Source: a virus
Lineage: Duplodnaviria; Caudoviricetes
Virus record (IMG/VR): IMGVR_UViG_3300044878_000205
Location: 1 to 64,000 of that record
Length of the DNA: 64,000 bases
Reading direction: 5' to 3' (one strand)
Shown: positions 1 to 10,074 of the stretch, piece by piece
How the letters are laid out: each line of letters opens with the position of its first letter
Numbering within the stretch: the stretch's first letter is position 1
The notes under the pieces: model-generated
What the model saw: only the letters and a program-made list of their open reading frames with translations
What the model was told of the DNA's origin: nothing
The model's database searches: none
Program-made: the position numbers and the translations under genes

Positions 1-185
1 TGCGTGGCGACCTCAAGGGCCGCTACGAATCCTACGGCAAGGGCATTCAGTGGGGGATTTTGAGCCCCAACGATTGCCGCGAACTGGAAGACCTCAACCC
101 CCGCGAGGGCGGCGATATCTACCTGACTCCGATGAACATGACCACCAAGCCCGAGGCCGGCGATGCAGACAAAACAAAGACGTGA
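1..185 (+). CDS. Portal protein, C-terminal fragment (copy 1)
   Basis: Nearly identical to 38116-38300, the end of the intact portal ORF. Confidence 0.93.
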   Translation, partial: RGDLKGRYESYGKGIQWGILSPNDCRELEDLNPREGGDIYLTPMNMTTKPEAGDADKTKT

Positions 186-822
186 TTTACCGCTGACGAT
201 CAAGTCGGTCAGCGAGACCGGCGAGTTCGAGGGCTATGGCTCGGTGTTCGGGGTCAAGGATTCGCATTCGGACATCATCGTGCCGGGCGCCTTCCTGAAG
301 TCCCTGGCGCGCTGGAAAGAAAAGGGCCGCCTGCCGGCGATGCTCTGGCAGCACCAGATGTCCGAGCCCATCGGCGTCTACACCGAGATGCGCGAGGACG
401 ATGTCGGGCTGTTCGTCAAGGGCCGCCTGTTAATCGAGGCCGATCCGCTGGCCAAGCGCGCGCATGCGCACATGAAGGCCGGCAGCCTGACCGGGTTATC
501 CATTGGCTTCACGCTTGATGACGATGGCTACGCATACGACACGGAAAAGGGCGCCTGGCTGCTCAGCGGGATCGACCTGTGGGAAGTGTCTCCTGTGACG
601 TTCCCGTCCAACGATGAGGCGCGTATCGCCGACGTGAAATCCCAGCTTCAGCGCGGCGAAACACCGCCGCCGAGCAAGATCGAGAAAGCCCTGCGTGAGG
701 TGGGGTTCTCGGGCTCACAGGCCAAGGCCTTTATGGCCAAAGGCTACAGCGCCATAGGCCCGCGAGAGGCGGGTCTGGATCAAGCGCTGGAATCAGTTAA
801 ATCCCTTATTTCCCGAATCTGA
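163..822 (+). CDS. HK97-family prohead protease (copy 1)
   Basis: FEGYGSVF, LWQH, GLSIGF and LWEVSPVTFPSN motifs; lies between portal and capsid. Confidence 0.95.
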   Translation: MQTKQRRDLPLTIKSVSETGEFEGYGSVFGVKDSHSDIIVPGAFLKSLARWKEKGRLPAMLWQHQMSEPIGVYTEMREDDVGLFVKGRLLIEADPLAKRAHAHMKAGSLTGLSIGFTLDDDGYAYDTEKGAWLLSGIDLWEVSPVTFPSNDEARIADVKSQLQRGETPPPSKIEKALREVGFSGSQAKAFMAKGYSAIGPREAGLDQALESVKSLISRI

Positions 823-833
823 AGGAGCCTCTC

Positions 834-2039
834 ATGGCTGTTGAATTAAAAGATGTGCAGGACGTTGCCGAGGCGCTCGGCAAGAAGTTTGACGAGTTTG
901 CGAAAAAGAACGACCAGCGCGTCGACGCCCTGGAATCGGAAAAGGGCAAGCTCTCCGGCCAGGTTGAAACCCTCAACGCGAAACTGTCCGAGCTGGACGA
1001 ACTGAAGTCCAACCTGGAGAAGGAGCTGCTGGAGATCAAGCGCCCAGGTGGCGGTGGCAACACCAAGGCGGTGACTGAGCACAAGGCAGCGTTCCTGTCG
1101 TTTGTGCGCAAGGGCAAGGAAGACGGCTTGGCCGAACTGCAACAAAAAGCCTTGCAGACCACCGTCGAGTCGGACGGCGGTTACGCGGTGCCGGAAGAGC
1201 TGGACCGCACCATTCTGGAGCTGCTGCGCGACGAGTCGCCGATGCGCCAGATCTGCGGGCAGATGACCATCGGCACCGCGGACTACAAGAAGTTGGTCAA
1301 CACCGGCGGCGCGGGCTCCGGCTGGGTCGGTGAAACCGACGACCGCCCGGAGACCGGCACCCCCTCCCTGAAGCAGATCGCCGCGGTGATGGGCGAGATT
1401 TATGCCAACCCGCAGGCGACCCAGACCAGCCTGGACGATATGTTCTTCAACGCCGAAGCCTGGCTCAACGCCGAGGTGGCCCGCGAGTTCGCCGAACGCG
1501 AAGGCTCGGCGTTCCTGTTGGGTGACGGCACCAACAAACCCAAGGGCCTGCTGGCCTATGCCATGGCCTTGACCGGTGACAAGACCCGCGCCTTTGGCGT
1601 GCTGCAGAACATCAAGTCGGGCACCGCCGGCGACTTCGATGCCGATGATCTGGTGAAGATGGTGTACAGCCTGAAGAAGGGCTACCGCGCCAATGCATCG
1701 TGGATGCTGCCGACCATGACCCTGTTCAAGGTGCGCACCTTCAAGGATGCCGTGACCGGCGCGTACATCTGGCAGCCGGGCCTGCAGGCGGGCCAGCCGT
1801 CGAGCCTGTTGGGCTATGGCGTAGCGGAAAACGAAGACATGCCGGCGGTGGCTGCGGACGCGAATGCGGTGGCGTTTGGCGACTACAAGCGTGCCTACAC
1901 CATCGTCGACCGCCTCGGCACCCGCGTGCTGCGCGACCCGTACACCAACAAGCCGAATGTCGGCTTCTACACCACCAAGCGCGTCGGCGGCATGCTCACC
2001 GATTCCAACGCGGTCAAGGTGCTGACCCTCAGCGCGTAA
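834..2039 (+). CDS. HK97-family major capsid protein (copy 1)
   Basis: Coiled-coil delta domain, DGGYAVPEE, GDGTNKPKG and FGDYKRAYTIVDR motifs. Confidence 0.96.
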   Translation: MAVELKDVQDVAEALGKKFDEFAKKNDQRVDALESEKGKLSGQVETLNAKLSELDELKSNLEKELLEIKRPGGGGNTKAVTEHKAAFLSFVRKGKEDGLAELQQKALQTTVESDGGYAVPEELDRTILELLRDESPMRQICGQMTIGTADYKKLVNTGGAGSGWVGETDDRPETGTPSLKQIAAVMGEIYANPQATQTSLDDMFFNAEAWLNAEVAREFAEREGSAFLLGDGTNKPKGLLAYAMALTGDKTRAFGVLQNIKSGTAGDFDADDLVKMVYSLKKGYRANASWMLPTMTLFKVRTFKDAVTGAYIWQPGLQAGQPSSLLGYGVAENEDMPAVAADANAVAFGDYKRAYTIVDRLGTRVLRDPYTNKPNVGFYTTKRVGGMLTDSNAVKVLTLSA

Positions 2040-2087
2040 CCGCCCAGGGCACCCTGCGGGGTGCCCTGACTTCGAGGAGGTAGGGTT

Positions 2088-2459
2088 ATGCCAAGAATTC
2101 TAGTCACCGCGGCCTTCAAGTTCGCGGTCGATGGTCTGCATGTGATCGAGGTCGAGCCTGGCGAGCAGGACGTGTCCGAGCGCTGCGCCGACGTGGCGGT
2201 GGACCACCTCAAGGTGGCGAGCCGTTTGGAGGGCGCTGCGCCCGTGGTGTCGGCCAGTCCGCTGTTCGTTGGGCCTGTCGTGACGACCAAGCCGCCGCTG
2301 GTGGCGGCCGTGGTACCGGTTGTCACGCAAACTCCGCCTGTGGCGCCTCCAGCGCCCGTCAAGCCGGTGAGCCAAGCCAAGCCTGCGGCCAAGCCGAAGA
2401 CCGCTGCCAAAGCCAAGCCAAGCGCCAAAGCCACGGCTAAGCCCGGGGGCGCGGCATGA
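2088..2459 (+). CDS. Small post-capsid protein with P/A/K-rich tail (copy 1)
   Basis: GAGG RBS; N-terminus shared with 40203..40442. Confidence 0.75.
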   Translation: MPRILVTAAFKFAVDGLHVIEVEPGEQDVSERCADVAVDHLKVASRLEGAAPVVSASPLFVGPVVTTKPPLVAAVVPVVTQTPPVAPPAPVKPVSQAKPAAKPKTAAKAKPSAKATAKPGGAA

Positions 2460-2770
2460 TCGATCTGGCCAAGGTGAAGTTGCACCTGCGGGTGGATGTG
2501 GCGGATGAAGATGAGTTGCTGCAGGACTACCTCGACGCGGCGATCAGTGCGTTCGAGACCTGGTGCAACCGCACTCTGGTCGCGGCTGGCGCGCCGTTGC
2601 CGGAGCCGCTGGGCAATGCCCTGGTGCTGAGCAAGGGCATTGCCCAGGGCGCGCTGCTGCTGATCGGTCATTGGTACGCCAATCGCGAGTCCTCGGTGGC
2701 CGGGGTGGCGTCTGAGCTGCCGCTGTCCACCCAGGCGCTGTGGCGTCCGCACCGTTGGATGAACATCTGA
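2456..2770 (+). CDS. Head-tail connector (HK97 gp6-like)
   Basis: VKLHLRVD and LLLIGHWYANRE motifs. Confidence 0.9.
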   Translation: MIDLAKVKLHLRVDVADEDELLQDYLDAAISAFETWCNRTLVAAGAPLPEPLGNALVLSKGIAQGALLLIGHWYANRESSVAGVASELPLSTQALWRPHRWMNI

Positions 2771-2782
2771 TAAGGAGAGGCC

Positions 2783-3190
2783 ATGGCCTATCGAGAACCG
2801 GCGGCCGGCGATCTGAATCGGCGGGTTGCCATCCGCCTGCGCACGGATATCCCGGCCGACGACATGGGCGTGTCGTCGGAGTTTTCCGAGATCAAACCGC
2901 GCTGGGCCAAGATTGAACCGGTCGGTACCGGCGTGTATTCCGCCGGGGTGCAGACCGGCAACAAGGTCACCCACCGGATCTGGATCAGATCGCTACCGGG
3001 TGTCACCGAGGCGCATGAAGTGGTGCATGTCACGCACCTGCCGGGTGAGCCGGTGTACTCGGTGGTCGAGGGTGCGCCGATCTACCGGATCAAGCGCAAT
3101 GCCGACCTCAACGGTGGCCGGCGTTTCACCCTGCTCGAGGTCGAGGAGTTGGGTGCCGATCAAGCGGGGTTAAACATCTATGGCGAGTAG
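2783..3190 (+). CDS. Head-tail adaptor / head closure protein
   Basis: AGDLNRRV...WAKIEP...THRIWIR pattern and synteny. Confidence 0.85.
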   Translation: MAYREPAAGDLNRRVAIRLRTDIPADDMGVSSEFSEIKPRWAKIEPVGTGVYSAGVQTGNKVTHRIWIRSLPGVTEAHEVVHVTHLPGEPVYSVVEGAPIYRIKRNADLNGGRRFTLLEVEELGADQAGLNIYGE

Positions 3191-3698
3191 TCCGGCGGCA
3201 TACCTGCACTTCGGCGAGTTTGACTCTTACGGCAAGCTCGACTTTGACAAAAAAGCCATCCGCAAGGGCATGCGCCTGGTCGGTGCCCTGGTGCGCCGTG
3301 AAGCCCGCGCCCTGGTCAACAAGCAGTCGCCTTCGGCGGGTGGTGAGTACCCCTCGCGCGCCGAGGGGCTGTTGTACCGCTCGATCCGCGCCAAGGTCAG
3401 TCGCCCGGGTTTTTTGGTGAAAATCGCCCCGCAAAAGATCGCCGGCATGAAGGACTTCTACCCGGCGTACCTGCATTACGGGGTCAAGCAGGGCGGGCGT
3501 CTGAAGGCGGTCCCACAAATCGCCATTGGCAAGAAGAGCCGCCGCAAGAAGGGCGAACGCGCCGCCGCCCTGGCTGCGCGCGCCGCCGGGGCCTGGAAGC
3601 TGGAGCCGCGCAAGAACTTCATGGCCGATGCCCTGGAGAGCAGCACTGACCGGGTCCAGCAGATCCTCCGGCAAGCGTTCGCCGACTCGCTGAAGTAA
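3180..3698 (+). CDS. Neck/tail completion protein (HK97 gp10-like)
   Basis: Basic protein with G.LYRSI, YLHYG and PRKNFM motifs; synteny. Confidence 0.7.
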   Translation: MASSPAAYLHFGEFDSYGKLDFDKKAIRKGMRLVGALVRREARALVNKQSPSAGGEYPSRAEGLLYRSIRAKVSRPGFLVKIAPQKIAGMKDFYPAYLHYGVKQGGRLKAVPQIAIGKKSRRKKGERAAALAARAAGAWKLEPRKNFMADALESSTDRVQQILRQAFADSLK

Positions 3699-3717
3699 GC
3701 GGTGTAGGTGTGTGGTG

Positions 3718-3740
3718 CCCGCTTCGGCGGGTTTTTTTTC
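3718..3740 (+). terminator. Intrinsic terminator inside late operon
   Basis: CCCGC-TTCG-GCGGG followed by a T run; conserved at ~41701-41722. Confidence 0.8.
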
Positions 3741-3755
3741 GCCTGGACATAACCG

Positions 3756-4364
3756 ATGAAAATTACCCCTGTCGTGGCGCACCTGCGCCAGTACTGCCCG
3801 AGCTTCCAAGACCGTGTGGTCGGCGGCATTGATTTCGAGGCGGTGGCCAACAGCATCAAGCTGAGCCGGCCATCGGCCTATGTGATTGCCACCGGCGACT
3901 TGGCCAGCAAAAACGCCAACCAGAACGCGGTGCAGCAAAACATCCGCGATGACTTTGACGTGGTCCTGGTGCTCGACACCCAGGACGAGCGCGGCCAGGA
4001 AGCGGTCGACCTGCTGCACGACCTGCGCGCCGAGTTGTGGCGCGCCCTGGTCGGCTGGAAGCTCGGCCCGGCTTACGACCCTATCGAATACGCCGGCGGC
4101 GAAGCGGTGGCGATCAACCGCGCGCGGGTGCTCTACCGCTTCAGCTTCACCGCCGAGTTCCAGCTGGGCCGCAACCGGCAAAGTGAGCCGGCCGAGACCT
4201 GGGTCGAGCATGAATTGGACGGCCTGCCGCCGTTGGTGGGGCTTGACGTTCGCGTGGACTTTATCGACCCGGCGGACCCCAACCTGCAGCGCCCTGGCCC
4301 GGATGGCCGGGTCGAGGCGACTTTCTCCGTTGAACTACCGCAACCCACTGAGGACTCTCCATGA
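3756..4364 (+). CDS. Tail terminator-like protein
   Basis: Position before DUF2635-like gene and sheath in Mu/SfV-type tails. Confidence 0.65.
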   Translation: MKITPVVAHLRQYCPSFQDRVVGGIDFEAVANSIKLSRPSAYVIATGDLASKNANQNAVQQNIRDDFDVVLVLDTQDERGQEAVDLLHDLRAELWRALVGWKLGPAYDPIEYAGGEAVAINRARVLYRFSFTAEFQLGRNRQSEPAETWVEHELDGLPPLVGLDVRVDFIDPADPNLQRPGPDGRVEATFSVELPQPTEDSP

Positions 4365-4570
4365 GCCGCATGACTGTGTACCCGGCCGCGGGCCGGGTAG
4401 TGCCCGACCCTGAAACCGGCGGCGACTTGCCCGCGGAGGGACGTGACGTCCCGCGTGACGCGTACTGGCTGCGCCGCTTGCGTGATCAGGACGTCACCCC
4501 CGACGCGCCGAAGCCGGCCAAGGCCGCCACTAAAACCCCGGCTTCGGCCATCCCTGGGAGCGCTGAATAA
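4361..4570 (+). CDS. DUF2635-like small tail protein
   Basis: VPDPETGGDLPAEG...YWLRRL..D motif directly before the sheath gene. Confidence 0.8.
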   Translation: MSRMTVYPAAGRVVPDPETGGDLPAEGRDVPRDAYWLRRLRDQDVTPDAPKPAKAATKTPASAIPGSAE

Positions 4571-6054
4571 TGGCGATCAGCTTTAACTCCATCCCGAGCG
4601 ACCTGCGCGTGCCGCTGTTCTACGCTGAGGTCGACAATTCGCAGGCCAGCAGCGCCGCCTCGAGCATGCCGCGGCTGCTCGTGGCGCAGGTCAACGACGA
4701 TGCCACCGCGGCCGAGATCGGCCAGCTGACCCTGGTGTCGAGCCTGGGCCTGGCCAAGAGCATCGGTGGCGTCGGCTCGATGCTCGCGCAGATGTACGAC
4801 ACCTGGCGCCGTAACGATCCGGCCGGTGAGGTCTGGTGCCTGCCGATCAAGGCCACCGGCAGCAAGGCGTCCGGCACCGTCACCGTCACCGGCACGGCCA
4901 CCGAGGGCGGCGAGCTGAACCTGTACCTGGGGGCCAGCCGTGTGCGGGCGACCGTGGTCAAGGGGGCCACCCCGACCGCGGTGGCCAGCGCCTTGGCGGC
5001 CGCGGTGAATGCCGCCGGCTTGGGGGTAACCGCGGTGGCGGCGGTGGGGGTGGTGACCCTGACCTGCACATGGTCCGGCCTCAGCGGTAACGACCTGCTG
5101 CTGCAACTCAATCGCCAGGGCCGCAACAATGGCGAAGCGACCCCGGAAGGTCTGACCGTGGTCCTGACGCCGATGAGCGGCGGTGTGGGCACGCCGGACG
5201 TGGCGCTGGCCTTGGCCAGCCTCGGTGATGAGCCGTTCGAGTTCATCTGTGCACCGTGGGCCGATGCCACGTCGTTGGATGCCTGGAAAGCCTTTATGGA
5301 CGATTCCAGCGGGCGCTGGAGCTGGGCTAAACAGCTTTACGGGCATGTCTACACCGCCGTGCGCGGCACGCTCGGCAGCCTGGTGGCGTTGAGCGCGACG
5401 CGCAATGATCAGCACGCGACGATTCATGGCTTTGAGTCGACCTGCCCTGATCCAGTGTGGAACGTGGCGGCCGCCTATGCGGCGCGCACCGCGGTGTTTA
5501 TTTCGGCAGACCCGGCGCGGCCAACCCAGACCGGCGAGCTCAGCGGCCTGACCCCGGCCCCGGCCGGTGATCGCTTCACCCTGACCGAGCGCCAGTCGTT
5601 GTTGAGCCGCGGCATTGCCACGGCCTACTTCGGCGGCGGCGCGCAGCGCATCGAACGGGCGATCACCAGCTACCAGTTCAACGCCTATGACCAGCCGGAC
5701 GACTCCTACCTGGACAGCGAAACGCTGCACCAGTCGGCCTTTGTCATCGGCTACCTGAAGGCGCGGGTGACCAGCAAATACGGCCGGCACAAGCTGGCCA
5801 ATGACGGCACGCGTTTCGGCGCCGGCCAGGCCATCGTCACGCCGAACGTGATTCGCGCGGAAATGATCGCCGGCTACTACGCGCTGGAGCAGCTGGGCAT
5901 TGTCGAAAACGCCGAGGCCTTCGCGGCCAATCTGATCGTGGAACGATCGAGCACCAACCCCAATCGGCTGAACGTGCTGTACCCGCCGGACCTGGTCAAT
6001 CAGCTGCGGATCTTCGCGCTGCAATACCAGTTCCGCCTGCAGTACGCCGTCTGA
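4570..6054 (+). CDS. Mu-like contractile tail sheath (copy 1)
   Basis: ISFNSIPSDLRVPLFYAEVDNS start, DPARP and PDLVNQLRIFA motifs. Confidence 0.95.
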   Translation: MAISFNSIPSDLRVPLFYAEVDNSQASSAASSMPRLLVAQVNDDATAAEIGQLTLVSSLGLAKSIGGVGSMLAQMYDTWRRNDPAGEVWCLPIKATGSKASGTVTVTGTATEGGELNLYLGASRVRATVVKGATPTAVASALAAAVNAAGLGVTAVAAVGVVTLTCTWSGLSGNDLLLQLNRQGRNNGEATPEGLTVVLTPMSGGVGTPDVALALASLGDEPFEFICAPWADATSLDAWKAFMDDSSGRWSWAKQLYGHVYTAVRGTLGSLVALSATRNDQHATIHGFESTCPDPVWNVAAAYAARTAVFISADPARPTQTGELSGLTPAPAGDRFTLTERQSLLSRGIATAYFGGGAQRIERAITSYQFNAYDQPDDSYLDSETLHQSAFVIGYLKARVTSKYGRHKLANDGTRFGAGQAIVTPNVIRAEMIAGYYALEQLGIVENAEAFAANLIVERSSTNPNRLNVLYPPDLVNQLRIFALQYQFRLQYAV

Positions 6055-6109
6055 CGTTAACGTCCGTTCATAGCCCGCCGCGTGCGGGCTTTTTTGTAGG
6101 AGAAAGGCC

Positions 6110-6457
6110 ATGGGCCAGAAAGTTGCGGGCACCGTCTACATCAAGGCAGACGGCGTTCAGTTCACCGTCACCGGCGGTGTGGAAGTGCCGCTGAGTGACG
6201 TCAAGCGCGAGTCGGTGGCACCCGGCTTTTTCAAGGAAGAGGACCTGGTGGCGTATGTGAAGGCCACCGTGGTGGACTCGCCGGATCTGCCGATCAAGCA
6301 AATCATGGCGGCCACCGATCAGACGGTCACCGTCGAGTTCAAGAACGGCCGGGTGTACGTGCTGGCCGGCGCGTATGTGGTCGACGAGCCAAGCGCCAAG
6401 GGCGATGACGGCACCATCGACATTCAGTGGGATGGCAGCAAGGGGGGCTTCCAATGA
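6110..6457 (+). CDS. Mu-like tail tube
   Basis: 115 aa, AGTVYIKADG start, follows sheath. Confidence 0.9.
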   Translation: MGQKVAGTVYIKADGVQFTVTGGVEVPLSDVKRESVAPGFFKEEDLVAYVKATVVDSPDLPIKQIMAATDQTVTVEFKNGRVYVLAGAYVVDEPSAKGDDGTIDIQWDGSKGGFQ

Positions 6458-6765
6458 GTCAAGTGACGACCTACAAACTGGCCGCGCCGATTCAGGCGCA
6501 TGACCAGGAAGTGCTGGAGCTGACCCTGCGTCGGCCGACGGTGGCCGAGGTCCGTGGCATCAAGGCGCTGCCGTACAAGATCGACAAAAACGAGGACGTC
6601 TCGCTCGACCTGGACGTGGCGGCCAAATACATCGCCATCTGCGCGGCGATTCCGGCGCCGTCGGTCAACCAACTGGACCTGTCGGACTTGAACAACCTGG
6701 CGTGGGCCGTTTCGGGTTTTTTCATGACTGCGGCATCGGCGAAGCCGGAGACGTCGGCGGGCTGA
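6454..6765 (+). CDS. Tail assembly chaperone (short form)
   Basis: ATG overlaps tube stop; LTLRRPT motif; precedes tape measure. Confidence 0.85.
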   Translation: MSQVTTYKLAAPIQAHDQEVLELTLRRPTVAEVRGIKALPYKIDKNEDVSLDLDVAAKYIAICAAIPAPSVNQLDLSDLNNLAWAVSGFFMTAASAKPETSAG

Positions 6766-6893
6766 TTGCCGTGGCCTATGACCTGGCTTTTTTCTGGAAA
6801 GTCGGACCCGAACAGATGATGGCGCTGCCGCTGGATACGTTCGCCGAATCGCTGGCGAACGCCCAGCGCATAAATCAAGTTCAGCAGGGGTAG
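6714..6893 (+). CDS. -1 frameshift extension of tail assembly chaperone
   Basis: G GGT TTT slippery heptamer at 6714-6720 in frame; -1 frame stays open to 6893; conserved in copy 2. Confidence 0.8.
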   Translation, partial: GFFHDCGIGEAGDVGGLIAVAYDLAFFWKVGPEQMMALPLDTFAESLANAQRINQVQQG

Positions 6894-6896
6894 GGT

Positions 6897-8813
6897 ATGG
6901 CCGATAAGTTTCAACTCAAGGCGCTGATCACCGGCGTCGATAAGCTGTCACCGACCCTGGCCGGTATCCGCAAAAACGTCGCTGGCTTTCGCAAGGGGCT
7001 GGAGCGTACCGGTCTGGGCAAGATCGGTTTTAGCGACGTGGTCACCGGCGGGGCCTTGGCGGCCCCGTTCATTGCCGGGGCCGCGGCGGCGATTCAATTC
7101 GAGTCGGCCCTGGCCGACGTGAAGAAGGTGGTCAACTTTGACACCCCGGCGCAGTTCAAGCAGATGGGGGAGGACATCGGCAAAATGTCCGAGCGGCTGC
7201 CGATGGCCGCCAATGACATTGCCAAGATCGTCGCCGCTGGTGGCCAGTCGGGCATTGCCCGGGATGAACTGCTGGGCTTCGCTGAGGCCGCGGTGAAGAT
7301 GGGCATTGCCTTTGACCAGAGCGCCGACGAAAGCGGCAGCATGATGGCGACGTGGCGCACCGCATTCAAAATGACTCAAACCGATGTGGTCGGGTTGGCG
7401 GATAGGATCAACTACCTGGGCAACACCGGCCCGGCCAACACCAAGCAGATTTCCGCCATCGTCACGGAGGTCGGGTCGCTGGGTGAGGTCGCCGGTCTGT
7501 CGTCGGGGCAGATCGCCGCGTTGGGCGCGACCATGGCCGGTGTCGGCGTGAAGCAAGATGTGGCCGCCACTGGCATCAAGAACTTCATGTTGGCGATGAC
7601 CAAGGGCTCGGCGGCGACCAAGAGCCAAACGGAGGCTTACAAGGCGTTACGGCTGGACTCCAAAAGCGTGGCGGTGGCGATGCAAAAAGATGCCCAAGGG
7701 ACAATGCTGGATCTGCTCAAGCGGATTTCGCAGGTCGATAAAGCCAAACGTCCAGCGTTGCTCACCAATCTATTCGGTAGCGAATCGATCTCGGCCATTA
7801 CGCCGCTGCTGACCAACTTGGAGTTGCTCGAGAGTAACTTGCAAAAAGTCGGCGACGCCTCGAAATACGCCGGCTCGATGGATACGGAGTACGCCTCCCG
7901 CGCGGCCACCACGGCCAACAACCTGCAGCTGTTGCGCAACGCCGCCGCCAGTGTGGCGCGGGCGGTGGGCAATGCCCTGCTGCCGGGGATCAACGCGGTG
8001 GTGGACAGCCTGCGGCCGATGATTTCGCAAGCGGCCGAACTGGTCCAGGCCAACCCGCAGTTGGTCAAAGGCCTGGCCATCGCCGGCGCTGCCTTCACCG
8101 CGCTGCGCGTTGGGGTTTACGCCGCGACCGTGGCCACCCGGGTGTTGGGCGTGGCGTTTGCCGCCTCGCCGGTGGGCATCATTGCCGTGGTCATCGCCGC
8201 CGCGGCCGGTTTGATCGTGGCCAACTGGGCCACGGTCGGGCCGTTCTTCACCGCGTTGTGGGAGCTGATCAAGGCCCTGGCCACCCCGTTCATGGAATTC
8301 ATGAAGACCGTGTTTGATTGGTCGCCGCTAGGGATGCTGGTCAAGCACTGGTCGCCGATCACCGAGTTCTTCAAAGGGTTGTGGGAGGGCGTCAAGCCGT
8401 ACCTGCAGCCGATCATGAGTTTCTTCGGGCTGGAAGACGGCGGCGTCGGTCTTACCGCGAAAGTGGCGAGTTACGCCGAGGAGCAACGCCAACGCAATGC
8501 CGGCGCCGGCGGCGGTACCGGGGCGTTCCTGCAGGCCAATGCGGTGAGCATTGCCAAGGGGCAGCAGAGCCAACGCAACCTGACCCAAGCCGGCCTCGAC
8601 CCGGGCCAGCTGTTGCGCCCGCCCGCCCTGCCAGCCCCGGGGGCACTGCTGCAGCAAACCGCGGCGAACAACCGGACGCAGCTGGAAGGTGGCCTGGTGG
8701 TGCGCTTCGAGAATGCCCCGCCGGGCTTGCGCGCCGATCCGGGGACCAGCAATCAGTCGGGACTGGCGATCACGCCGAAGGTCGGCTACCGCACGCTAGG
8801 GAGTAATCCGTAA
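6897..8813 (+). CDS. Tape measure protein (copy 1)
   Basis: 638 aa Ala/Gly-rich, FESALADVKKV core, hydrophobic segments. Confidence 0.93.
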   Translation: MADKFQLKALITGVDKLSPTLAGIRKNVAGFRKGLERTGLGKIGFSDVVTGGALAAPFIAGAAAAIQFESALADVKKVVNFDTPAQFKQMGEDIGKMSERLPMAANDIAKIVAAGGQSGIARDELLGFAEAAVKMGIAFDQSADESGSMMATWRTAFKMTQTDVVGLADRINYLGNTGPANTKQISAIVTEVGSLGEVAGLSSGQIAALGATMAGVGVKQDVAATGIKNFMLAMTKGSAATKSQTEAYKALRLDSKSVAVAMQKDAQGTMLDLLKRISQVDKAKRPALLTNLFGSESISAITPLLTNLELLESNLQKVGDASKYAGSMDTEYASRAATTANNLQLLRNAAASVARAVGNALLPGINAVVDSLRPMISQAAELVQANPQLVKGLAIAGAAFTALRVGVYAATVATRVLGVAFAASPVGIIAVVIAAAAGLIVANWATVGPFFTALWELIKALATPFMEFMKTVFDWSPLGMLVKHWSPITEFFKGLWEGVKPYLQPIMSFFGLEDGGVGLTAKVASYAEEQRQRNAGAGGGTGAFLQANAVSIAKGQQSQRNLTQAGLDPGQLLRPPALPAPGALLQQTAANNRTQLEGGLVVRFENAPPGLRADPGTSNQSGLAITPKVGYRTLGSNP

Positions 8814-10072
8814 TGAGTGAATGGCGCGAGCGCAAACAAGGCGCCTCCTTTCGGGGGGTGCCGTTCCTGGTCGACACCGACAGCGTGCCGGTCGGGCGCC
8901 GCACCCAGCTGCATGAGTTCCCGCAGCGCGATCAGCCCTTTGTCGAAGACCTCGGGCGGCGCACCCGGCAGTACAAGTTCGTGGGCTTTGTCGCCGGGGA
9001 CGATTTCCTGGCACAACGTGACCGGCTGCTGACCGCGCTGGACACGCCCGGTCCCGGCGAGCTGGTGCATCCGTGGTTCGGCCGCCTGACCGTCACCGCC
9101 GGCGAGTGTGAGTTGTCGCATGCGCGCAATGAGTTGGGCATGGCGCGCTTTAACCTGGTGTTTATCGACGGCATGCTGGAATTCCCCACGCAGTCGGCGA
9201 ACACCCGGCGCGTGCTCGCCGCCAAGTCGCCGAGCCTATTCGAATCGAGCAAGGGTCGTTTCAACGCGGCGATGGCCACCGTCGATTTAGCCCGCCAGCG
9301 CACCTCGGCGGTGCGCTCGGCGCTGTCGGGAGCCTTGGGCTATGCGCTGAAGTTCCTCAGTCCCGGTACCGCCTTGGGCACCGACCTCAACGGCCTGGTG
9401 TCCTCGCTGATGAATGGCCCCGGGGCGTTTGCCGACAGTCTGTTGTCCGGGGTCAGTGGCCTGCAGCGCACTTTCAGCGGCTACGGCTCCAGTGGGGCGT
9501 TTAACAGCAGCCGCACCAAAGCCGCAGAGTTGTCGTCGTTGCAGGCCTCGGCGCCGGTACCAGCTGACCCGGAGGTGGCGGCGATTCAGGTCGCGGTGGT
9601 GGGCCTGGTGCAGGACGCGGCGCTGCTGGATGTGCTGTTGGACATGGCCGAGGTGCCGGTCGCGGTCAGTCAGGGGGTTAGTGCGCCGGCGGCGGTGGAC
9701 GTGCAACTGGCACAGCAAGGGGCGACGGTCACGGCCGGTACCGAGGTCGAGACGGCGGTGCCGGTGGCCGATGACGTGCTGGCCGTGCGTGATGCGATCA
9801 GTGAGGCGTTGTGGTCGGTGGCGGGGGAAAGCCCGCCGGATCACTTCGGCGTGCTGAGCGAGGCCCGCGTGGCCTTGGATCGGCACTTGACCGAGGTGGC
9901 CCGCAGCGGGGTCGGCCTGCGCGTGTATGCCCCGGCTGAAACCGTGTCGGCCCTGGTGCTGGCTCATGCGCTGTATGGCGATGCACAGCGCAGTGGGGAA
10001 ATCGTTGCGCGCAACCGTGTACGTCACCCGGGCTTTGTGCCCGCCACCGAACTTCAAGTCGCGAAAACCTAA
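8813..10072 (+). CDS. Mu-like DNA circularization / tail protein
   Basis: ASFRGVPF...HEFPQRD.PFVEDLGR...LVHPWFG N-terminus; RN.VRHPGF C-terminus. Confidence 0.9.
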   Translation: MSEWRERKQGASFRGVPFLVDTDSVPVGRRTQLHEFPQRDQPFVEDLGRRTRQYKFVGFVAGDDFLAQRDRLLTALDTPGPGELVHPWFGRLTVTAGECELSHARNELGMARFNLVFIDGMLEFPTQSANTRRVLAAKSPSLFESSKGRFNAAMATVDLARQRTSAVRSALSGALGYALKFLSPGTALGTDLNGLVSSLMNGPGAFADSLLSGVSGLQRTFSGYGSSGAFNSSRTKAAELSSLQASAPVPADPEVAAIQVAVVGLVQDAALLDVLLDMAEVPVAVSQGVSAPAAVDVQLAQQGATVTAGTEVETAVPVADDVLAVRDAISEALWSVAGESPPDHFGVLSEARVALDRHLTEVARSGVGLRVYAPAETVSALVLAHALYGDAQRSGEIVARNRVRHPGFVPATELQVAKT

Positions 10073-10074
10073 CC

